Assembly: GCA_964016885.1 (NCBI GenBank)
Contig: CAXHJY010000651.1
Coordinates: 1 to 64,000, forward strand
Reading direction: 5' to 3'
DNA length: 64,000 bases
Source of the DNA: Eledone cirrhosa
Lineage: Eukaryota
The notes beneath the pieces were generated by a model. The model did not search any database. It was not told the DNA's origin and saw nothing but the letters and a program-made list of their open reading frames with translations. Position 1 is the stretch's first letter, and the number at the start of each line of letters is the position of its first letter. The translations under genes were made by a program, and so were the position numbers. Of the stretch, positions 55,681-64,000 are shown one piece after another.

Positions 55681-56645
55681 AGTTGATCAAACAGCCACCA
55701 GTACTTGATTGGTACTTTGTTATATCAACCTCGGAAGAATGAAAAGCAAAGTTGACCGTGACGGGATTTGAACTCAGAACTTAAAGAGCCATAACAAATA
55801 TTGTCGCTTTAACGGTTCTGCAAATCCTCCAAACTTTATATATCTTTTCAGAGTTGTACATATCTGACAAGTGGCATGATCTGAGCTCTTGTGTTGAACC
55901 TAAAGCAATTACACCCTGTGTAAGAGTGATTATAGCCTTTTAAAAACAAAACAAAAAAAACATAAAATTGTTTCCCCTGCAATTCAGTGTTGCAGTGGAG
56001 CTGTGTCCAGGATGCTAACAGCGTGAAGAAAATGTTAACACTAAGAAATAAATGGTAAATGTAAAGTGAAGTTAACAGGTTTTATGTGTTTTGGAATATG
56101 TAAAATGATTCTTCCGCGATGTAATTGCTTTATATATAATAATGTGTGCAAAATGGCGATGTTTATCGTCAGCAGCTACTCATATCTTCTTTGGAAATCA
56201 ACCAAATGGACTTGTGCCAGAATGACCATCCATACAGCACCCTAATATACCAACCACTTCAGTAATACTTGAGTGGTTGACCGCCTCACAAGCAATTGAT
56301 GATCTCCAGGCTAATTCGCAGCAAAATGAGAATGGATATGATGTAGTCAAAGAAATATCTACACTTAAACAAGATTTTACATTACTAAATAGCTTTATAT
56401 CTACATACAGGCGCACGCAATACGCACACAACACCCACACAACACCCACACAACACCCACACAACACCCACACAACACCCACACAACACCCACACAACAC
56501 CCACGCAACACGCATTTTGTATGTATGTGCGCAGGCTTGATTATATTTTCAAGTATCTTCTCGCATTAGCGGTATTTATGTAACCTTATATAAGTGTGTG
56601 TGAATGTGTGTGTGCGAGCGCAAATCTACATTTGTATGAATATAA

Positions 56646-56710
<65 letters not shown>

Positions 56711-56715
56711 GTATT

Positions 56716-56821
<106 letters not shown>

Positions 56822-56839
56822 TGTATATGTATATATATA

Positions 56840-56875
<36 letters not shown>

Positions 56876-56880
56876 CATAC

Positions 56881-56929
<49 letters not shown>

Positions 56930-57045
56930 CACATATATATATTTACATATGTATGTATATATATACATATATATACACACACTGAGGATCCGCTAAGGTG
57001 AAACAATTGTTCTCGGTATGGTGAACTAACTGTTGTGTAACCACT

Positions 57046-57174
<129 letters not shown>

Positions 57175-57224
57175 ATTAAGTATAACAAGACAAAGTTTCA
57201 CATTAATGTCTTCGCTGATTATTG

Positions 57225-57465
57225 AGCTGTTACGTACATTTCATAGATGATTGGCTCAAGGTCAATATTTGTGCTAGAGACCCGACACCAGCATCAACCT
57301 GATCATCAGATTTGTCATTCAAACTAAAAACAAGGTTTCCCTCGGATTAAATGTTGTCTTTAACTTAATTAACATGCCCGATGAGCAGCTTAATGGTGGA
57401 GTTGGGTCTATAACACAAATATGAACCTTGGGCAAATCATCTGTGAAACATACGTAACAAGTCGA
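57225..57465. mobile_element. Diverged inverted pair of HHR-bearing arms
   Basis: + strand CCGATGA-gcag...ctgt-GAAA-C-atac-GTA at 57378-57456; - strand CTGATGA...GAAA-tgtac-GTA at ~57228-57310. Confidence 0.55.
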
Positions 57466-57582
57466 TAATACATTAAAACAGTATTGTGTTACGTCATCTT
57501 GTAGTTAATTCATATACTCTGCCTTAATATTGACTTCTGATATTGGTACCACATCCAGTTACATACAAAGTTATTGAAAACT

Positions 57583-57749
<167 letters not shown>

Positions 57750-57929
57750 CTTACATTCTTTACAAATTATTCCCTGTGATTGTTTCATATGTTTATTTTA
57801 TATATATATATGTCAGTCTATTTCTAGTTGATATGTAATGCTCGGATCTAATCATTGGAATCTTTGAGCTTATTCTACAGTGGATATGGCGCATGTCTCT
57901 CAGACATGACAACCCTTAACTTCAACTTT

Positions 57930-57966
<37 letters not shown>

Positions 57967-57969
<3 letters not shown>

Positions 57970-58141
57970 CAACGAGGTTGTGGTAAAGTACCAGGTGGAC
58001 CATAACTCACCAGAGTACTCGATACTTGGGGTATTAGAGATGGTAATATGAAAAGATTCAGGACCCCGACAGCTGAGCTCCGGCCGGATCTAGCTGTCGA
58101 AACGGCCGGAGCTCAGCCGTCGGGGTCCTGAATCTTTTCAT
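57967..58141 (-). mobile_element. Hairpin-tail element copy 7
   Basis: Same tail; arms tgaaaagattcaggacccc / ggggtcctgaatcttttca. Confidence 0.9.
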
Positions 58142-58365
58142 ATATATAGGGAGAGAGGGGAAAGAAAGAAAGAAAGAAATAGACATATGTGTATTTATGT
58201 ATTATGCTTTATACAGACAAATTTTATACAGAAGATCAATTGACATGCACTCTGTAGGCGGAACAGTAAACATATATAAGACTTTTCTAAAATTCACCAC
58301 GTAGCGTTATGAATTCGCCATTCCGATTACATGCACAGGACACCCACAACGTTACTACCATTATC

Positions 58366-58553
58366 TGGGGGATTGGCAGCATCGGTAGAAGGTCGGACGC
58401 CATGCTTTGCAGCATAGAGTTATGCCCCTTTATGGTCTGAGTTCAAATCCCGCCGAGGTTGACTCTGCCTTTCATCCTTACGGGGTCGATAAAATAAAGT
58501 ACCAGTAATGCACTGGTATAATTGCTGGCCTTGGGCCAAAAGTAGAAACAATT
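58366..58553 (+). mobile_element. tRNA-head SINE (dominant family)
   Basis: A/B boxes, body and tail. Confidence 0.9.
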
Positions 58554-60375
58554 ATCATTATCACCTTCAAACCAACACAATCAAGATTAATTCATTTGCT
58601 ACTCTTCGTCATAGTAGACTAACACTAGAGAAGACTGAGTGGTCATTTGACCTGCTAGACATAGCAGTCAAATGTGCCTCAAATCACACCTTTTGAAATA
58701 TAGAACACTTTGGTAGTTTGAGCTATTGGACTCTAATGTATTTTGAGATACACAGTTTGAATAAAAGATGGGATGGGATGGAATGGTCATGTCTTGAATA
58801 AAAGATGTTCTATCATAGCACACCCAGATTGGGGTGAGGGTAAATAACATTGAAATACTGCCACACTCACCCTATCTACACACTCATAACCCTCAATGCT
58901 CACACCCACCCACTAATATCACCACTCAAATGCTATCGAAATCATGTGGAGCATAACAACTCTCCAATCAGACAGACATACAGACAGTCCTACAACAACG
59001 ACACCAACATGGAAATATGACAAACAGACAAGCTGATAGACTGGCCGACAGGTAAGCAGGAGGGTCTACGCCTGCGCCATCGGCATATAAATATGTCAAG
59101 CAGACAGCCTACACCAGCGCCACCATCGTGTAAATATGTCAAATAATATATCAGAAGCATAACATGTCTACAACCACAGCGATCGTTCAAGATAAGATCC
59201 ATTTAATAGCGGAAACTAGCGAGATGGAGGCTGTCTCGTAGCTAGCTTATCTCAATAAAAATGGCGAAACTAGCGAAAGAATTATTCATTTATTTGTTTA
59301 TTATCACAGCCTGTTTGTCAGACTGTTCGACTGTCTACCTACACAGCTATCTCACACACACACGCGCACGCACACACACAAATACACACACACTCATAGA
59401 GACACTCTCAGACTTGTACACACAGAGACACAGTTATATACAGAAACACATACACATCACTCGCACATAATCACACACTCACATACATATAGTCACACAC
59501 TCTCAAACTGTCTAACACACACAATCACACATAGTCACACACTCCCCCACTTCTCTCTTCTTATATATTATATTATATTTCTTTTGCAATTCTATAAATT
59601 CTTCATAGAAAGAGTTTTTAAAACTTATTGTAGACTGACAGCAGACCAGTAAGATAACTCGGGTAATATATTCTATCCTATCAAGTCCTTGCAAAACATC
59701 GGATAGATATTGCATCATAACCTCCTCAGCGGACAAAATGGTGAATACGTTATTCCGAGTGATAGCAAGTGACTCAGTCGACCTCACGGAATTCGTACAT
59801 GCTGATGGCCATCGTCATCACGATTATATAAAAACACAATTCCATTGCTGGAATTTTCATAACAACAACCAATAAGTTTCATGCTAAACATTACAGATGC
59901 CTTATTTTGAAGGTTCCCCTTATAGATTGAATTTATCGATGGTCTTTTTCTTGGCCTGATCACCCCAGCATTACCGTTTGAGGAACTGTACCCGATTATT
60001 TTGTCACTTTCTACACAAATGTAGTTTTGGATGCTGATTACCATAACCACAACGATTTTTGGAAAATATAAAAATAAAGGTTGTTACGGTTTCTTAAAAA
60101 CTGATAACATTTTTATTTTTAGTTATATGGGCCAGTCAGGTATTTAGTATTTATCCTATACACCGCAGTTTACTTGGAACTAGTTCTTTATACATTCACG
60201 AATATATCCTGGAGTCACTAAATGTTTCGAGTCTTACAATATATATGCTCATATAGGTGACCCGCCTGGGGTTAATGTAGCTTTGGTCCGTGTCCAAGTA
60301 GATTACTTACATCCAGCCCCATCTATCACTTCTCTTCAGACATAACCATCTAGATTCTCTCTCTCTGTTTTTTCT

Positions 60376-60408
<33 letters not shown>

Positions 60409-61229
60409 GCGGCTATGTGATTCTTCATAGCTCTATTCCTGCTTGCTCCTGTAATACCAAGTGTTTCGGAATACACAGATACGGCGAACCTCCGAAATCG
60501 CGGAAACACGTGTCATTAGGAAGCGAAAACCTTCCCTAAAAAGTGGGAATGGTCCGGACTCGTGAAATCCCGTTTACTCATATTTTATTCGGAAACAGAT
60601 TTGCCAAGCAAGGAATGGAAACGCAGTACACACTTCTGAAGAAGGAAACTAAATCCAAAAGCGGTCACAACTCACTCATGACCCAGCAACAAATCTCTTT
60701 GTCTAATGCTACGTGACTGTTCATGGTACTTCAATTCACTTTGTTTATCTCACTCTATTGTTTATATTATTTTATCATACTTCTTTCCTTTTCCACTCCT
60801 CTCATTAAGCGGACTAAATCACACCCGATACCTCCACCTACAGACATCTCTATATTTCCAGATTCCCTGTCTAATCGAACAATAAAACGTAAAAAGTATA
60901 CGTTTTAAACATGTTTTATCTCGTTTTATTATATATATGCTAGTGATAACTAATCCCAACCACGAGAAGCACGTACTATATACAAATGAACTTCTCCAGC
61001 CGATGTTTTATACGCCAAACATATATAAGTTATAGGCTATTCTTGTTTCAATGCCGTGTGAGTAAACGTCACTGATGATAGATTAAAAAGTCCTGAAACA
61101 CTAGTATCTGGCGTTCTCACATGTCTACCGAGATAGCTGTGACATGATCCCATCTTATATATGAGACTTATATGTGTTTGACAGACATAAAAATTATCGT
61201 ATGTCTCTTCATCTTCTACAGATCCGTTA

Positions 61230-61540
61230 CCTGACGAAGTTCCTCTACAACCTGAACCTGTCTAACCTTGCCATCTGAAATTTCCTTGCTTCCAGCCCTG
61301 TGTCATCTTTAAGAACATCCGTCGGTGTGATACTTGGTATCCCCCAACTTGTCTGCAATCACCTCAATTCCAGAGAATTCTGCCAGCAGTTCCACATGTC
61401 CAGCTAATGCAAGCCTCCGCCGCTTTTAGTGTCAGAAAGCCGAGAGTGTTACCGTAGAGTGATTTATTTGTTACATGTGATTTCCAGAAGATGCTCTGGA
61501 ATTATTTCAGCATTCGCGTGTCTTCGCCTTTGTATACACC
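61230..61540 (-). mobile_element. Decayed RTE-like LINE 3' fragment
   Basis: TRMLK*FQSIFWKSHVTNKSLYGN / RRLALAGHVE / DVLKDDTGLE across frameshifts. Confidence 0.7.
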
Positions 61541-62588
61541 TCTATTATTAATCAACCAGTAAAACATTCGTCCTGCCAGGTAGCCAACCAGTTATTTAGC
61601 TAACAAGTCGGCCAGTCATCCAGACTCTTAGACAGCCATCCCTTCAACCTGTCCAGCATCCAGTCAGCCAGCCTACCAGCCAGCCTACCAGCCAGCCTAC
61701 CAGCCAGCCTACCAGTCAGCCTGCCAGCCAGTCAGCCAGCCTGGTATCCAATCAGCCAGCCTACCAAGGAGTCTGCCAGCCAGCCAGCCAGCCAGTCAGT
61801 CAACAATCTAGTAACCCACCCAATCAGCCAGAGAGTCGGGTCAGCCAGTCACGTAGCTATCAAGCCACCCAACTATCCAGTTATCCAGCCATCCACCTAG
61901 TCAGTTAGTTAGTTATCCAGCCAACATAACACTTTAAAACTCAACAGACCAGTCATCCGTTTCAGTAAGCCAGTGAACCACTCAACCAAAAATGAGTATT
62001 TGTGCGCCATCATGGCTCGATAAGCTCGAAAGGTTTTATTTTTCCGGTGTATCTCTCTAAAATTTGTTTCTTTTTAGTTTTAGTTTTATATTATTATATT
62101 TTTTTTCTGTGGGGGAGGGATGAGGCTTTATTTATTTGTTTATTTTCCTTTACTTATTTTATTCCTTTTGTTTTACGTTATTGTTTTTAACTTTTTTTTT
62201 TATTTTCATTTATATATTTTTTGAAGATGCAGTTGAGTGAACAAACAGGCAAAGATTTTAACGAAGCAGAAACAAGAAAATGTTTTATACATTCGAGGGT
62301 TACCGACCCACGTCTATCAAATCTCAACTATCAAATTTCAGCTGCCCCACCACCACCACCACCATCACCACCATCACCACCATCCTCTTCGCCTACTACT
62401 AATAAACTAATCATTTCTATCATTAGCATCAGCATCATCATTAACAACGAAAGCGAAAAAGCAATAAAACCTACAACACCCCCACAATAAGTAATAATAA
62501 TTGTTTCAATAATACCAACTCCACCGCCGCTAACGCTACAACTTTGTATTTGAATACAAGCCAACGTACACACATACATAATCATATA

Positions 62589-62706
62589 AGGCGCGTGGCT
62601 GAGTGCTTAGAGAATTGGATTCGCAATCGTGAGGTTGTGAGCTCGATTCCAGGACCGGGTGATACGTTATGTACTTGAGCAAGATATTTTATTTCACATT
62701 GCTCCT
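62589..62706 (+). mobile_element. CORE-type SINE head fused to a ~105 bp repeat also seen at ~21714-21818
   Basis: tggctgagtg, gagctcgattcc, tacttgagcaagatattttatttcacattgctcc then ttctacctggagtt..gtcgatcgactgtcgat. Confidence 0.7.
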
Positions 62707-62820
62707 TCTACCTGGAGTTTCCACCGATAGATAATATTAGCAATTGGAACGACCAACGGAAACATTTTTTCCTCGGTCCGATTTAACGAAAGTCGATCGA
62801 CTGTCGATTTACATATACTA

Positions 62821-62905
62821 AAAAAATCTATACACACTTTGATAACCTGTATAGGCAATATTTATTAGAATGCTGGTGAAGTGTGTATACATTTTTTAGG
62901 ACACC

Positions 62906-62946
<41 letters not shown>

Positions 62947-63037
62947 GTCCCAAAAGAATGTATACACACTTTGATTATCTGTATAGACAATATTTATTAG
63001 AATGATGTTGAAGTGTGTATATATTTTTACGGACACC

Positions 63038-63040
<3 letters not shown>
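62821..63040. mobile_element. Two tandem ~100 bp Tc1/mariner MITEs separated by (TA)n
   Basis: TIRs agggtgtcc.aaaa...tatacacactt / aagtgtgtata...ttttt..ggacaccctg with TA flanks; first copy lacks its left end. Confidence 0.8.
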
Positions 63041-63104
<64 letters not shown>

Positions 63105-63118
63105 CATAGGGTGGGGGC

Positions 63119-63166
63119 TAAGCTCTGAGGAATACCAACAGTATGAAACAGAGATCTGTCAGCTTA
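63119..63166 (+). ncRNA. Type I hammerhead ribozyme, copy 1
   Basis: taagct-CTGAGGA-atac-caaca-gtat-GAAA-cagagatctg-TC-agctta; three stems pair; GUC site at 63158-63160. Confidence 0.85.
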
Positions 63167-63239
63167 TCTCCCTTTGTTTGTTGAAAAAACAAGTAAGTGA
63201 CATAGTCACTACTTTAAAAATACATAGGGGGGGGGGGGC

Positions 63240-63287
63240 TAAGCTCTGAGGAATACCAACAGTATGAAACAGAGATCTGTCAGCTTA
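63240..63287 (+). ncRNA. Type I hammerhead ribozyme, copy 2 (121 bp downstream, identical)
   Basis: Identical sequence within a 121 bp direct repeat. Confidence 0.85.
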
Positions 63288-63410
63288 TCTCCCTTTGTTT
63301 GTTGAAAAAACAAGTAAGTGACATAGTCACTACTTTAAAACAATAGCGTAAGGTCATCAAAATGCTTTTAATTAAACATACAGTGTATTACCAAATACAC
63401 TATATATACA

Positions 63411-63447
<37 letters not shown>

Positions 63448-63811
63448 TTAAGGGTACTATTTATGGTTATGTATGCAGTAAAACCTTTAATGTTAATGGT
63501 AATATATTATATATACACAAACCCTAAATAATGAGAGATAGTCATTAATTACTATCCTATTACCAGTAAGATAAATAGCTCAATGTAATAACATCAGTTG
63601 TTTTACAGAGCAGTTATATAGAGATTACAGTAATCAAAGTTCAGTTTAAGTCATTTATTTGCTTACAATTGTTTCCTCTTCCTCCAAACCGAGGTTTGGA
63701 TTCTTCGGAGCAACTATTTATAACATACTTGACCTCCTTTTCAACCCAAGAGACACATAAAACATATGCGCATATTGATCAACAGTGGGGTTGATGAATG
63801 TCACCCCACTG

Positions 63812-63853
<42 letters not shown>

Positions 63854-63870
63854 CGGTAGAATATCCGATG

Positions 63871-64000
63871 AAATGGTCTAAGGGGTTTAGTTATGTTCCT
63901 TTACAGTCCCAGTTCAGACATCGGTTTATATATATATATATATAAACCGATGTCTGAACTGGGACTGTAAAGGAACATAACTAAACCCCTTAGACTATTT
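63871..64000. repeat. Near-perfect palindrome centred on (TA)8, running off the window end
   Basis: 63871-63927 is the reverse complement of 63944-64000 with one mismatch. Confidence 0.95.

Noticed and set aside
56190-56420. Protein-like frame (..EWLTASQAIDDLQANSQQNENGYDVVKEISTLKQDF..)
   Set aside because: In-frame stop upstream, runs into a repeat, no recognisable family or splice sites
60460-60720. CpG-containing stretch with CACGTG and CGGAA motifs as a promoter
   Set aside because: Short motifs expected by chance; no associated gene start visible

Overview
Eukaryotic, AT-rich, microsatellite-saturated non-coding DNA. It is most likely intronic or intergenic sequence from an octopus or other coleoid cephalopod; this is inferred from the dense (TA)n/(CA)n/(GA)n tracts and the SINE/RTE repertoire, not demonstrated. 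No intact protein-coding gene is visible, and almost every ORF in the track is a translation of simple repeats. The window holds about 18 copies of a tRNA-headed SINE, several CORE-type SINEs, decayed RTE and L1/Tx1 LINE fragments, Tc1/mariner MITEs, and three GT/CA-rich minisatellites (45, 52 and 60 bp units). The main signal is a dense set of short non-coding elements inserted into (TA)n that carry minimal type I hammerhead-ribozyme (HHR) motifs (CUGANGA...GAAA..NUH), about 15 in 64 kb. They occur as tandem/partial-tandem units (121, 473 and 528 nt periods) and as fold-back palindromes, as expected for Penelope-like-element (PLE) pLTR or retrozyme-like elements. One copy ends at its predicted self-cleavage site. 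A separate ~195 bp family keeps only the 3' half of an HHR, folded back at stem II, with arm sequences private to each copy. All assignments are by eye; no database search or folding program was run.
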